Source: Pseudomonadota bacterium (GTDB taxonomy: Bacteria; Pseudomonadota; Alphaproteobacteria; Caulobacterales; Caulobacteraceae). From it: 64,000 nt of DNA. Made by a program: the position numbers and the translations under genes. Below, in pieces: positions 10,843 through 20,693 of this stretch. How positions within the stretch are numbered: the stretch's first letter is position 1; the number at the start of each line of letters is the position of its first letter. A model generated the notes under the pieces. The model worked only from the letters and a program-made list of their open reading frames with translations. It did not search any database and was not told the origin of the DNA. Location: contig JBFLWS010000004.1 of the NCBI GenBank assembly GCA_040757715.1, forward strand, positions 62,959-126,958, in the 5' to 3' direction.

Positions 10843-11535
10843 TCAGGTTCGCGCCATCTCATCGCCAATGGCCAGCGCCGCGGCTCTCGGATCGGGGGCC
10901 GCGGCGATCGGTCGTCCAATGACCAGATGGCTGGCCCCCGCCTGCAGCGCCGCCGCCGGGGTGGCCGCCCGGGCCTGATCGTCCAGCGAAGCGCCCGCTG
11001 GCCGCACCCCCGGCGTCACCACCAGGAAATCCGGGCCGCCGATCTTGCGGACCAAGCCTGCCTCATGCGGGCTCGCCACCACCCCGTCGAGGCCGGCGTC
11101 CACCGCTTGGCGGATGCGCCGCTCCACCAGCGCCGTGACGCCAAGTCCATAGCCGAGATCGCGCAAATCATCGTCATCAAGGCTGGTGAGCACGGTGACG
11201 CCGAGCAGCTTCGAATCCTTGGCCCCGCCCCGCCCCTTCACCGCCGCCGCCATCACCTGCGGCTCGGCGTGCACGGTGAGGAGATCGCAGGCGCCGGAGG
11301 CGACCACCGCCGCGGTGGCCTTCTCCACCGTAGCCCCGATGTCGTGCAGCTTCCAATCCAGGAACACCGCCGCGCCGCTCGCCTTCAAAGCCTTGGCCAG
11401 GTTCATGCCGTCGGAGGCGAGGAGCTGCAGCCCCACCTTGTAGGTGGCGATGGAATCGCCCAGGCGCGCCACCAGGCCTTCGGCCTCGGCGCAGGTGGGC
11501 AGGTCGAGGGCGAGGATCAGGCGGGGGTCGGCCAT
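10843..11535 (-). CDS. pyrF: orotidine 5'-phosphate decarboxylase
   Basis: 230 aa with FLDWKLHDIGATV (the DxKxxDI motif). Confidence 0.9.
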   Translation of the reverse strand: MADPRLILALDLPTCAEAEGLVARLGDSIATYKVGLQLLASDGMNLAKALKASGAAVFLDWKLHDIGATVEKATAAVVASGACDLLTVHAEPQVMAAAVKGRGGAKDSKLLGVTVLTSLDDDDLRDLGYGLGVTALVERRIRQAVDAGLDGVVASPHEAGLVRKIGGPDFLVVTPGVRPAGASLDDQARAATPAAALQAGASHLVIGRPIAAAPDPRAAALAIGDEMART

Positions 11536-11658
11536 GGTAGGCTCCTTTCAGCGCGGCTTTTGAAGCATTGCAGGTTGCCGCGTGCGACCGGTTCGTCCTA
11601 AAGCCGGAGGGCCGGACGCCGACGAGGCGAAACGCTGCAATGGGGCTGAAAGGGCCAT

Positions 11659-12366
11659 ATGACGCCGATGGACCTGGCGGTCAACTTCTTCATCGCTCTG
11701 TTCGCGCTCATAGACCCCGTGGGCAATGTGCCGCTGTTCGCCGCGGCCACCACGGGCGCCCAGCCCGCGGCCCGCCGCCGTATCGCGCTCTATATCTCCC
11801 TCTTCGTGGCCGGGTTCCTGGCCTTCTTCTTCCTCACCGGCCTTGGGCTCCTCAAGTTCTTCGGCATCTCGCTCGCGGCCTTCCGCATCGCCGGCGGCAT
11901 CATGTTGTTGCTGCTTGGCCTCGACATGGCCCGCGACGATCTCACCGCCGCCTTCCCCGCCCCCGAGGTGGATGAAAATCACGATCCGGGCGTCTATGCG
12001 CGTAAGCATTTCGAGCGGCTGATCGTGCCCTTCGGCATGCCGTTGCTGATCGGTCCCGGGGCCATTTCGGCGGTGGTGATCTTCGCCAGCGAAGCGGAAG
12101 CGAAACTCGGCGTGCTTGGCTACGCCTATGGCCTCGCCGCCATCGCCGCGGCGGCCGCCACCGTGCTCATCGCCTTCCTGGCGACGGACTTCATCTCCCG
12201 CCTGTTCGGCAAGATCGGCATGATGATCGTGGTCAGGGTGCTCGGCCTCGTGCTCTGCGCCCTGGCCGTACAGTTCATCATCGTCGGGGTGAGCCAGGCG
12301 ACGGAGGGCATCATCCGCGCCTCCGCCGCCCATCCCTACCCGGCCGCCAAGGTCGGCGGGCCTTAA
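11659..12366 (+). CDS. MarC family (UPF0056) integral membrane protein
   Basis: The N-terminus FFIALFALIDPVGNVPLF is the MarC signature. About six hydrophobic segments. Confidence 0.8.
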   Translation: MTPMDLAVNFFIALFALIDPVGNVPLFAAATTGAQPAARRRIALYISLFVAGFLAFFFLTGLGLLKFFGISLAAFRIAGGIMLLLLGLDMARDDLTAAFPAPEVDENHDPGVYARKHFERLIVPFGMPLLIGPGAISAVVIFASEAEAKLGVLGYAYGLAAIAAAAATVLIAFLATDFISRLFGKIGMMIVVRVLGLVLCALAVQFIIVGVSQATEGIIRASAAHPYPAAKVGGP

Positions 12367-12367
12367 C

Positions 12368-13330
12368 TCAGTCGAAGGCCCCGAAGCACCAGGCCAGCAC
12401 GGCCTTCTGAGCGTGGACGCGGTTCTCCGCCTCGTCCCAGATCAGCGACTGCGGACCGTCGAGCACGCCGTCCGTGACCTCTTCGCCGCGGTGCGCGGGC
12501 AGGCAGTGCAGGAACACCGCGTCCTTGGCCGCCAGGGCCATCAGCGCCTCGTTCACCTGATAGGGCTCGAAGGCCGCCAGGCGCGCCTCGTGGTCGGTGT
12601 CGCCCATGGAGACCCAGGTGTCGGTGAGCACGCAGTGCGCGCCTTCCACCGCCGCGCGGGGATCGTGGGTGATCTCCACCTCGCCGGCCTTCACTCCGGC
12701 CCGAGCCAGGTCCATCAGGTCGGGATGGTAGTCGGCCGGGCAGGCGATGCGCAGCTTGAAGCCGAGCTTGCCCGCCGCGTGGATCAGGCTGGCGCAGACA
12801 TTGTTGCCATCCCCCACCCAGGCGAAGGTGCGCCCATCCACGCGACCGCGATGCTCCTCGAAGGTGAGCAGGTCGGCGAGGATTTGGCACGGATGGCTCT
12901 TGTCGGTGAGGCCGTTGATCACCGGCACCGAGGCCGCCTGCACGAAGCGCTCGAAGTCGTCATGGGCGTTGGCGCGGATCATCACCGCATCCACCATCCG
13001 CGACAGCACCTTGGCGGTGTCCTCCACCGGCTCGCCACGGCCGAGCTGCATGTCGCTGGCGCTGGTGATCAGGGTTGATCCCCCCAGCTGACGCATGGCC
13101 GCGTCGAACGAGAAGCGGGTCCGGGTGGACTTCTTCTCGAAGATCATGGCGAGGGTCCGGTCGCGGGCCGGGGCGTCGGCGTCCACCTTGCCGCTGGGCC
13201 AGCTGGCGCGGGCGAGCTTGCGCCGACGCGCCTCGTCCAGCAGCCGGCGCAGCAGCGCGCCGTCGAAGCGCCAGAGGTCGATGAAATGCCGCGGGGCCGC
13301 GGTCTCGAGGGCGATGGCGGTCTCGATCAT
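12368..13330 (-). CDS. argF: ornithine carbamoyltransferase
   Basis: STRTRFSF carbamoyl-phosphate motif and [12 protein letters not shown] motif. 4-nt overlap with argD. Confidence 0.93.
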   Translation of the reverse strand: MIETAIALETAAPRHFIDLWRFDGALLRRLLDEARRRKLARASWPSGKVDADAPARDRTLAMIFEKKSTRTRFSFDAAMRQLGGSTLITSASDMQLGRGEPVEDTAKVLSRMVDAVMIRANAHDDFERFVQAASVPVINGLTDKSHPCQILADLLTFEEHRGRVDGRTFAWVGDGNNVCASLIHAAGKLGFKLRIACPADYHPDLMDLARAGVKAGEVEITHDPRAAVEGAHCVLTDTWVSMGDTDHEARLAAFEPYQVNEALMALAAKDAVFLHCLPAHRGEEVTDGVLDGPQSLIWDEAENRVHAQKAVLAWCFGAFD

Positions 13331-14562
13331 GCGCTCGCCTCGCTCTTCATCTGCGCCCGCGCGGTCTCGCAGGCCGCCTCGAAACGCTCAATGGCCTCGC
13401 GGGCTTCTTCCTGGGTGATCACCAGGGGCGGCAGGAGGCGGACGCAATTGTCGCCGCCGCCGGCCACCAACAGGCCTTCGTCACGGGCCCAGGCCATCAT
13501 CTGGCGGTTATTGGGCTTCAGTTTCACGCCGATGAGCAGGCCGCGACCGCGAATATCCACGATCACGTCCGGATAGCGCGACTTCAGCCCCTCCAGCTGC
13601 TGGGTGAAGTAGCCCGCCACGTCGCGCACATGGGCCAAGAGCTCGGGCTTCGACAGCTCTTCGAAGGCGGCGAGGGCCACGGCCATGGCGAAGGGGTTGC
13701 CGCCATAGGTGGAGCCGTGCGCGCCGGTGGTCATGCCCTTGGCCGCCTCGGCGGTGGCAAGGCACGCCCCCACCGGGAAGCCGTTTCCGAGGGCCTTGGC
13801 CGAGGCCATGATGTCCGGCTGCGCCTCGCCCGCCCATTCATGGGCGAACAGCTGGCCGGTGCGGCCGAGCCCGCACTGCACCTCGTCATAGATGAGCAGC
13901 AAGCCATGCTCGTCGCACAGCTGGCGCAGGCCGCGCAGGCAGTGGTCAGGTACAGCGCGAGCGCCCCCCTCCCCCTGCACCGGCTCGATGAGAATGGCCG
14001 CGGCGGTGGGGCGGGCGGCGGCTTCCTTCAGCGCCTCGTGGTCGCCGAACTTGAGATTCACATAGCCGGGCAGCGGCGGACCGAAGCCCTCCACATAGGA
14101 CGGATTGCCGGCGGCGTTGATGGCCGCATAGGAGCGGCCGTGGAACGAGCCGTCGAAGGCGATGACGTCGATGCGCTCAGGCTGGCCATTGGCCGCGTGA
14201 TACTTGCGCGCCGTCTTCAGGGCGCACTCGATGGCCTCGGTGCCGGAATTGGTGAAGAAGCAGACGTCGGCGAAGGTGGCGTCGGTGAGTTTCTTGGCCA
14301 GGGCCTCCTGGTCCGGGATGCGGAACACGTTGGACACGTGCCACAGCTTCTCGGCCTGCCGCTTCACCGTCTCCACCAGCTTGGGATGACAGTGGCCGAG
14401 GCCCACCGTGGCGATACCGGCCATGCAGTCGAGATAGGATCGCCCGTCCGTGGTGAACAGTCGCACGCCCTCGCCTCGCTCAAAGGCCACCGGGGCGCGG
14501 TTGTAGACGCCCATCAGATGGTCAGCGGGAACGGCGGGAGCAGGTGCGGCGGTGTTCGCCAT
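13327..14562 (-). CDS. argD: acetylornithine aminotransferase (class III PLP aminotransferase)
   Basis: Class III aminotransferase blocks (...[14 protein letters not shown]..., ASAKALGNG). Start re-called at MANTAAP (14560-14562), with GGAGGG 9 nt upstream. Confidence 0.88.
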   Translation of the reverse strand: MANTAAPAPAVPADHLMGVYNRAPVAFERGEGVRLFTTDGRSYLDCMAGIATVGLGHCHPKLVETVKRQAEKLWHVSNVFRIPDQEALAKKLTDATFADVCFFTNSGTEAIECALKTARKYHAANGQPERIDVIAFDGSFHGRSYAAINAAGNPSYVEGFGPPLPGYVNLKFGDHEALKEAAARPTAAAILIEPVQGEGGARAVPDHCLRGLRQLCDEHGLLLIYDEVQCGLGRTGQLFAHEWAGEAQPDIMASAKALGNGFPVGACLATAEAAKGMTTGAHGSTYGGNPFAMAVALAAFEELSKPELLAHVRDVAGYFTQQLEGLKSRYPDVIVDIRGRGLLIGVKLKPNNRQMMAWARDEGLLVAGGGDNCVRLLPPLVITQEEAREAIERFEAACETARAQMKSEASA

Positions 14563-14701
14563 GAAACGACCCTCCAAAAACGAAAGCGCCCCGGAACGGG
14601 CTCGGCCCGCTTTCCGGGGACTGGAAGGCTCATGCTTGTCGTCAAATTCCCCGTCAAAGTCAATCTTGGGCGTTTAACCGTTCCGGTGTAATCGCTCGCC
14701 C

Positions 14702-16132
14702 ATGACCGGCCCCGCGACTCTCAGCCTCTACGACACCCTGGCGCGCCAGAAAGTGGACTTCATTCCGAGCGATCCGCAGCGGGTGACCATGTATGTGTGC
14801 GGGCCCACCGTCTATTCCTACGCCCATATCGGCAACGCCCGCGCCGCCGTGGTGTTCGACGTGCTCTACCGGGTGCTGCGCCATCTCTATGGCCCCGAGC
14901 ACGTGGTCTATGCCCGCAACATCACCGACGTGGACGACAAGATCAACAAGGCCGCCCAAGACCAGGGCGTCGACATCCGCGTCATCACCGACAAGTTCGC
15001 CAAGATCTACAACGAGGACATGGGGGCCCTTGGGTGCCTGCCCCCCACGGTGCAGCCGAGAGCCACCGAGCATATTGGCGAGATGCAGACCCAGATCGCC
15101 GCCCTCATCGCCCATGGCGCGGCCTACGCCGCCGAGGGGCACGTGCTGTTCGACACTGAGGGTTTCCGCGCCCAGGGTGGAAACTATGGCGCGCTTTCAG
15201 GCCGCAGCCTGGACGACATGATCGCCGGGGCCCGGGTGGAAGTAGCGCCCTACAAGCGCAATCCCGCCGATTTCGTGCTGTGGAAGCCCTCCAAGCCCGG
15301 CGAGCCGGTGTGGGAGAGCCCCTGGGGTCCGGGACGTCCGGGCTGGCATATCGAATGCTCGGCCATGTCGGAGAAGGAGCTCGGCCTGCCCTTCGACCTG
15401 CACGGCGGCGGGCATGACCTGATCTTCCCGCACCATGAGAACGAAATCGCCCAGGCCTGCGGCGCGCACGGCGACCATGATCCGCGCGCCTATGCCCGCC
15501 ACTGGCTGCACAACGGCTTCCTCACCATGGACTCTGAAAAGATGTCCAAGAGCCTCGGCAATGTGGTGCTGCCGCATGAGCTGGTGAAGCAGGTGCCGGG
15601 CGAGGTGGTGCGCTGGGCGCTCCTCTCGGCCCATTACCGCGCGCCGCTCGACTGGACCGAGGCGTTGATCGAGCAGAGCCGCAAGACTCTAGACTATATC
15701 TACGGCGTTTTACAGCGAGCTAAACATGTGCCGGTGGATATGTCGACCAACCTCGACCCAGTTGGCAGCAACCTACATGCTCTTCTGTCCGACTTAAATA
15801 CGGCTATGCAGTTAAGCGACTTGTACGCCTATGCGAAAAATCTCGACAGAGAAGTCAGTCAAGGTGATCTCCAGAATGCGATTATCTGGAAATCAAATGT
15901 AATTTATGTCGGCAACGCCATCGGCTTCCTGCAGCAGGACCCGGACGCCTGGTTCGAGGGCGGGGCGGACGCGGCGTTCAAGGACAAGGTCGAGGGCCTG
16001 ATCGCCGCCCGGGCCGAGGCGCGCAAGGCCAAGGACTTCGCCGCCGCCGACCGTCTCCGCGACGAAATCGCCGCCCTGGGCGTCGAGGTGCTGGACGGCA
16101 AGGACGGCGCCACTTGGCGGAAGAAGAGTTAG
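14702..16132 (+). CDS. cysS: cysteine--tRNA ligase
   Basis: HIGN (HIGNARAAV) and KMSKS (KMSKSLGN) class I motifs, 476 aa. Contains a low-GC patch (see findings). Confidence 0.95.
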   Translation: MTGPATLSLYDTLARQKVDFIPSDPQRVTMYVCGPTVYSYAHIGNARAAVVFDVLYRVLRHLYGPEHVVYARNITDVDDKINKAAQDQGVDIRVITDKFAKIYNEDMGALGCLPPTVQPRATEHIGEMQTQIAALIAHGAAYAAEGHVLFDTEGFRAQGGNYGALSGRSLDDMIAGARVEVAPYKRNPADFVLWKPSKPGEPVWESPWGPGRPGWHIECSAMSEKELGLPFDLHGGGHDLIFPHHENEIAQACGAHGDHDPRAYARHWLHNGFLTMDSEKMSKSLGNVVLPHELVKQVPGEVVRWALLSAHYRAPLDWTEALIEQSRKTLDYIYGVLQRAKHVPVDMSTNLDPVGSNLHALLSDLNTAMQLSDLYAYAKNLDREVSQGDLQNAIIWKSNVIYVGNAIGFLQQDPDAWFEGGADAAFKDKVEGLIAARAEARKAKDFAAADRLRDEIAALGVEVLDGKDGATWRKKS

Positions 16133-16145
16133 GGCGGAAGAAGGG

Positions 16146-17288
16146 CTAAACGGGGAACAGGCTTCCCGCCTCCACCCGCACCCCCTGCCCGCCGGCGAGG
16201 TCTTCGAACAGGGCCTCGTCCGTGCCGGTGAGGAAGGCTTGCAGGCCGAGCGCCGTGAATTCCTCGAACAGGGCGGCGCGGCGGCCGCGATCGAGGTGGG
16301 CGGCCACCTCGTCCAGCAACAGGATCGGCGGCGGAGCGTCCGTCGCTCTAGCCAGCCGCGCGGCCTGGGCCAGCACCAGATTGAGGATCAGCGCCTTCTG
16401 TTCGCCGGTGGAGCATTCGCCGGCGGGGCGATCCTTGTCCACATGGATCACCGCGAGGTCGGTGCGGTGAGGGCCATAGAGGGCGCGGCCAGCGGCCTGA
16501 TCGCGCTCCCGACCCCGGCGCAGGGCTGAACGCAAGGTTTCCGCCAGGACCTCTGGCGATTCGCCTGCCAGAGCCCCCTGCTCCACCGGCCCGTCGAGGT
16601 CGAGGCGGGCCTGCGGGAAGGGCCGGTCCACGCGGCGGGCGATCTCGGCGACCAGGGCCTGCAAGGTGGCGGCGCGAGCGACAGCCACGGCGGCCCCCGC
16701 CTCCCCCGCCTTCAGTTCCAAGGCGTCGAGCCAGGCGGGATCGGCGCTGAGACCCTGGCGAGCGTCCGTCAACAGCCGGGAGCGCTCGCGCAGGGCGTGC
16801 TCATAGGCGGCCACGTGGCTGGCGTGGCGGGGATGGTCGGCGAACACCAGGCGATCAAAGAAGCGCCGACGCTCGCTGGCGCCCTCCAGAAACAGGCGGT
16901 CCTGGGCGGGGGTCAGCCAGACGAGACGCACCAGATCGGATAGGCGCCCGGGGGCCACAGTCTCGCCCTCCAGCCGCACGATCTTGCGGCCCGTGTCCGG
17001 GGCGAGGCCGACGCCGAGACGGGTTTCGCCCAGGTCGCCCTCGAACAAAGTGGCGACGCTCCAGGCCCGGCCCTCGCGTTCCCCCGTCTCGCGCCGACCG
17101 ACCTCGCTGACCGCTGCGCCGCGCAGGCCCCGCCCCGGGGAAAGGAACGACACCGCCTCCAGCACATTGGTCTTGCCCGCGCCATTGGGGCCGAACAGGA
17201 ACACCGGCCCGCCCGTGAGATCGAGGGCGGCTGCGGCGTAGCTGCGAAAATCAGTCAGGGCGAGGCGGCGGAGCCGATGCACGGGCAT
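16146..17288 (-). CDS. recF: DNA replication and repair protein RecF
   Basis: Walker [10 protein letters not shown] and C-terminal [11 protein letters not shown]. Start re-called at [17 protein letters not shown] (ATG 17286-17288). The 67-codon upstream extension lies in low-GC sequence and is unlikely to be coding. Confidence 0.9.
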   Translation of the reverse strand: MPVHRLRRLALTDFRSYAAAALDLTGGPVFLFGPNGAGKTNVLEAVSFLSPGRGLRGAAVSEVGRRETGEREGRAWSVATLFEGDLGETRLGVGLAPDTGRKIVRLEGETVAPGRLSDLVRLVWLTPAQDRLFLEGASERRRFFDRLVFADHPRHASHVAAYEHALRERSRLLTDARQGLSADPAWLDALELKAGEAGAAVAVARAATLQALVAEIARRVDRPFPQARLDLDGPVEQGALAGESPEVLAETLRSALRRGRERDQAAGRALYGPHRTDLAVIHVDKDRPAGECSTGEQKALILNLVLAQAARLARATDAPPPILLLDEVAAHLDRGRRAALFEEFTALGLQAFLTGTDEALFEDLAGGQGVRVEAGSLFPV

Positions 17289-17502
17289 GGGTTCATATAG
17301 CCTGCCATCGCGCAGAATTTCATCCGCATCAATGCGTCGCGCCGGGCCTCTAACTATGGATTGGCCTTGCAGACAATCTGGTGGAGTATTATACCAACGA
17401 CACCCGAAATCGGGGGGATTTCTGCCTTTTGGTGTGTGTTCGTGGGGTAGAATCTGACTGTCCACTGATCCGATAGGATTAACGACCAATTAGGAGTGAA
17501 GT

Positions 17503-17610
17503 ATGGACAAGATTTCACCGCTGCTCAGCGTGTTGCAAAAGGCCGTTCTGGTGGCCATGGCGGCGATCCTGCCGCTGGCGGTCATCGCGGTCATTGCGCC
17601 GGCGCTCTAA
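17503..17610 (+). CDS. 35-aa hydrophobic small protein (single predicted TM helix), unannotatable
   Basis: Not in the supplied ORF track because it is under 60 aa. AGGAG lies 7 nt upstream of ATG 17503. Translation: MDKISPLLSVLQKAVLVAMAAILPLAVIAVIAPAL, ending at TAA 17608-17610. Confidence 0.45.
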   Translation: MDKISPLLSVLQKAVLVAMAAILPLAVIAVIAPAL

Positions 17611-17656
17611 TTCGCCGATGGGGCGTGTAGCCCCGGCCATGGGCCCGAGATCGGAC

Positions 17657-17908
17657 CTAAGACTGGGGCGCCTCCCCGTCAGGCAAGCTCAACCTGTGCA
17701 CCGTGAGATGGTCGATCTCCACCTCGCGCGCGGTGATGCGGCCCGCATGCAAGCGGCCGATGACCACCACGCCGAGCGCGCCCACGCCCAAGGCGCCTAC
17801 CGCCACGGCGCCGACGAGGGTCAGGCCTGCGACGCCCGCGCCGGGGTGGGTCGGCGCTGGATGGGACTTTCCGCGTAGCGAAGCTGGAATGAAGGCGTGA
17901 TCGTCCAT
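17657..17908 (-). CDS. 83-aa Gly/Ala/Val-rich membrane protein (conserved-hypothetical type)
   Basis: AAGGAG lies 8 nt upstream of ATG (17906-17908). The stretch ...GLTLVGAVAVGALGVGALGVVVIGRLHAGRITAREVEIDHLTVHRL resembles small GxxxG-repeat proteins I recall from high-GC proteobacteria. Confidence 0.5.
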   Translation of the reverse strand: MDDHAFIPASLRGKSHPAPTHPGAGVAGLTLVGAVAVGALGVGALGVVVIGRLHAGRITAREVEIDHLTVHRLSLPDGEAPQS

Positions 17909-18063
17909 GGCGAGGGCTCCTTGCCGCGGCATTTAGTTTAGCCTCGCCAAACGCTCTGCTCCAGCGGCGGATCAGCCCGCCGCACCGGGCGACGTGACAA
18001 ACCGAGGCTTGTAAGGTTAGAACCCCGCCTCCGAACACCCGCGCAATTCTTCCAAGGCGAGCC

Positions 18064-18810
18064 ATGGCCGGCCATTCCAAGTTCAAGAACATTCAGTTTC
18101 GCAAGGGCGCCCAGGACAAGAAGCGCTCCAAGCTGTTCTCCAAGCTGTCGCGAGACATCACCCTGGCCGCCAAGACCGGCTCGCCCGATCCCAACTCCAA
18201 CGCCCGCCTGCGCCTGGCCATCCAGAACGCCCGGGCGGAAAGCATGCCCAAGGACAATATCGATCGGGCCATCAAGAAGGCGGCCGGTGCGGACACCGAC
18301 AATTTCGAGGAAATCCGCTACGAGGGCTTCGGCCCTGGCGGGGTCGGCCTGATCGTCGAGGTGCTCACCGACAACCGCAACCGCGCCGCCGCCAATGTCC
18401 GCTCCATCTTCACCAAGAACGGCGGCAACCTCGGTGAATCCGGGTCGGTGGCCTTCATGTTCGACCGCATGGGCCAGATCACCTATCCGCTCACGGCAGG
18501 CTCCGAAGACGCCATCATGGAAGCGGCCATCGAGGCCGGGGCCGAGGATGCGGAGACGGATGAGGAACTGCACACCATCTTCACCGCCTTCGAGGATCTC
18601 GGATCCGTAGTGGAGGCGCTGGAGGCTTCGCTAGGCCCGGCTCGCTCCACGGGGGTGATCTGGCGGCCGAAGTCCCAAACGCCGGTGGCCGGAGACGACG
18701 TGCAGACCCTGATGAAGCTGATGGACGCCCTCGACGACGATGACGACGTGCAGAACGTCTTCGCCAACTTCGAGATGTCGGACGAGGATATGGCGCGGCT
18801 GGCCGGCTAA
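18064..18810 (+). CDS. yebC: YebC/PmpR family DNA-binding transcriptional regulator
   Basis: The N-terminus [28 protein letters not shown] is diagnostic. 248 aa. Confidence 0.93.
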   Translation: MAGHSKFKNIQFRKGAQDKKRSKLFSKLSRDITLAAKTGSPDPNSNARLRLAIQNARAESMPKDNIDRAIKKAAGADTDNFEEIRYEGFGPGGVGLIVEVLTDNRNRAAANVRSIFTKNGGNLGESGSVAFMFDRMGQITYPLTAGSEDAIMEAAIEAGAEDAETDEELHTIFTAFEDLGSVVEALEASLGPARSTGVIWRPKSQTPVAGDDVQTLMKLMDALDDDDDVQNVFANFEMSDEDMARLAG

Positions 18811-18852
18811 GCCCTCGTCAGGTCCGATCCCTCATCAAATCCGATATTGCGA

Positions 18853-19221
18853 TCAGGCGGCCTTGGCCTCCTGCTCCACCGCCCAATGGAAGCCAACCAC
18901 CGCCCCCTTCACCAACGGGAGCAGGGTAAGCGTAGTGATGAGCAGGCTTGGCAAGGTGACGCCCAGCACCCATTCCACCGGCCATTCCAGGATGAACGGG
19001 AACGCCAGCATCGGGGCCACGAACAGGTGGCCGACGATGAGAATGGTGAAATAGGGCGGCGCGTCGTCGGCGCGATAATGGCCGTTATCATGTCCGCAGG
19101 CGGCGCAGGTCTGCCGCACCTTTAGATACCCCTTGAACAGCGCGCCCTTGCCGCAGGCCGGGCAGCGGCGCTGCACGCCGCGGCGAAGTCCGGTGACGAA
19201 GGGTTTTTGCGAACGGGACAT
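18853..19221 (-). CDS. DUF983 domain membrane protein
   Basis: Zinc-ribbon-like CPACGKGALFKGYLKVRQTCAACG followed by two hydrophobic helices (ADDAPPYFTILIVGHL...). Confidence 0.78.
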   Translation of the reverse strand: MSRSQKPFVTGLRRGVQRRCPACGKGALFKGYLKVRQTCAACGHDNGHYRADDAPPYFTILIVGHLFVAPMLAFPFILEWPVEWVLGVTLPSLLITTLTLLPLVKGAVVGFHWAVEQEAKAA

Positions 19222-19353
19222 GGGCGGCGCTCGTTAATGTGTCGCAGCCATATCGTCGACTTTAACGCGCGGGCAAGGGGCGCCGCGCCATTTTGCCTTT
19301 TTCCGACCCTTTGATCTCCCTACATTGCCCGCGCTGCTGAGGAGCCCCATTCC

Positions 19354-19716
19354 ATGTACGCCCTGGACCGTTCGCGCGACGCTATCTTTATTGAACGCCT
19401 GCACGCCAAAACTCTCGCGCGAGGGTTGAAATGGAATCTCACTGAACATGAAGGGCGTTATCAAGTTCAGATTGGAGAATTTGTGGTGGAGATCGGCGAA
19501 GGCGTCGGCTCTGGAGACAGCGCCGATATTGAGGTGCTAATCTGCAGCCCGGCGGGAAAGGCCCTGGAAATCCTCACCCCGGAAATTCTTCAGGAGTCCA
19601 CCAGCGAAACCGCGGTGCCGCGGCGACGCGCCTTTGCTGAAACCTATGAGGCCGCCCGTCGCATGGCTCTGGGCGTGGATCAGGTGATCGAAAATCTAAT
19701 CGAACATTTGCTCTAA
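19354..19716 (+). CDS. hypothetical protein (120 aa), no family recognised
   Basis: Clean ORF in a locally lower-GC stretch (two 60-nt lines hand-counted at about 45-50% G+C), 45 nt upstream of the Kdo-hydroxylase-like gene on the same strand. Confidence 0.45.
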   Translation: MYALDRSRDAIFIERLHAKTLARGLKWNLTEHEGRYQVQIGEFVVEIGEGVGSGDSADIEVLICSPAGKALEILTPEILQESTSETAVPRRRAFAETYEAARRMALGVDQVIENLIEHLL

Positions 19717-19761
19717 CGGCGAGCCCTGACCACGTGCGACGGATGCTCCGGAGGATTCGTC

Positions 19762-20631
19762 ATGGTCGAACGATTGCTGTTCGCAGGTCTAGAAGAGGCC
19801 AAGACCCAGCCGCGCGCTGTGCAAACCACCCTGGAGCATGGCGGTCTGATTGAATTCGCGAGCATGGGGTTCGCGGTCTTTCCAGACGAACGCGATCTCA
19901 TCGATGCTGCTGCGGTCAGCCCGAAGTCCAAGAACATCAGCCTTGGTCCAGGTGGAGCCGTGCGGGGCACGGTGCTGGACCCGGCGGGCCAGGCGCGTAT
20001 GCGCGGCATGATGACCCGCTTCTCCAGCTATTCTGAAAGCATCGTGCAGGCGCTGTTGCCCGCCTATGCCGCGAGCATGAACCGGCGGCGCACCAGTTTT
20101 CGCCCAGGCGCCGTAGAGGTGCGCGTGCTCAGCCCCCGGCGAGACGACCGCCGCCTGCACGTCGACGCGTTTCCCTCTAATCCGACTCAGGGCCAGCGCA
20201 TCTTGCGAGTGTTCTGCAACGTCAATCCGACGGGAACACCGCGAGTATGGAACGTGGGGGATCTCGACTTCGAGAGCTTCGCCAAGCTCTACGCCGACCG
20301 GCTGAGCGGCGGCCCTTCATCCTTGGCCGCCTGGGCCATGGCGGCGACGGGGCTCACCCGCGGGCGGCGTAGTCGTTATGATCAGGCCATGCTCGAGCTG
20401 CATGACTTCGCCAAGCTGGACGACGCCTTCCAAGCTCAGGCTCCTCGAACGCAAATTGCACTGCCTGCGGGCGCCACCTGGGTCGTTTTCACCGACAGCG
20501 TGCTGCACGCGGCGCTTTCGGGCCAGCATCTTATGGAGCAGACCTTTCTGCTCCCGATAGCCGCGATGGCGGAGCCGAATCTGTCCCCCCTAGAGACGCT
20601 CAAGCGACTGACGGGGCGCGCCCTGGTGTGA
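19762..20631 (+). CDS. Kdo hydroxylase (KdoO-like) family protein, putative Fe(II)/2-oxoglutarate dioxygenase
   Basis: The stretch ...RRDDRRLHVDAFPSNPTQGQRILRVFCNVNPTGTPRVWNVG... matches my recollection of the KdoO/DUF2843 core, including the HxD iron ligands. A distal His lies in ...SVLHAALSGQH.... Confidence 0.62.
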   Translation: MVERLLFAGLEEAKTQPRAVQTTLEHGGLIEFASMGFAVFPDERDLIDAAAVSPKSKNISLGPGGAVRGTVLDPAGQARMRGMMTRFSSYSESIVQALLPAYAASMNRRRTSFRPGAVEVRVLSPRRDDRRLHVDAFPSNPTQGQRILRVFCNVNPTGTPRVWNVGDLDFESFAKLYADRLSGGPSSLAAWAMAATGLTRGRRSRYDQAMLELHDFAKLDDAFQAQAPRTQIALPAGATWVVFTDSVLHAALSGQHLMEQTFLLPIAAMAEPNLSPLETLKRLTGRALV

Positions 20632-20693
20632 CCAACTCCTCGGACGCCGCCTGAACGCACCCCCATCGCTCGATCGCTAAAGTCTCCTCGAGG

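Noticed and set aside
10110-11601. ORFs 10110-10919 (-), 10339-10650 (+) and 10693-11601 (+) overlapping the low-complexity secreted protein gene and pyrF.
   Set aside because: Repetitive GC-rich codons keep all frames open. Only the 10188-10838 frame has a Shine-Dalgarno plus a signal peptide, and pyrF has clear family motifs on the other strand.
17289-17489. N-terminal extensions offered by the ORF track for recF (to 17489), phzF-like (to 44434), DUF2975-like (to 49323), serC (to 42602), nth (from 58123), ubiE (from 35089) and tldD (from 21553).
   Set aside because: The extensions lack similarity to the respective families and are compositionally junk-like or run across neighbouring genes. 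Internal starts with Shine-Dalgarno sequences give canonical N-termini.
19234-19464. 76-codon minus-strand ORF upstream of and overlapping the 120-aa hypothetical gene.
   Set aside because: It overlaps the start of the better-supported plus-strand ORF and has no Shine-Dalgarno or motif. It is probably spurious.
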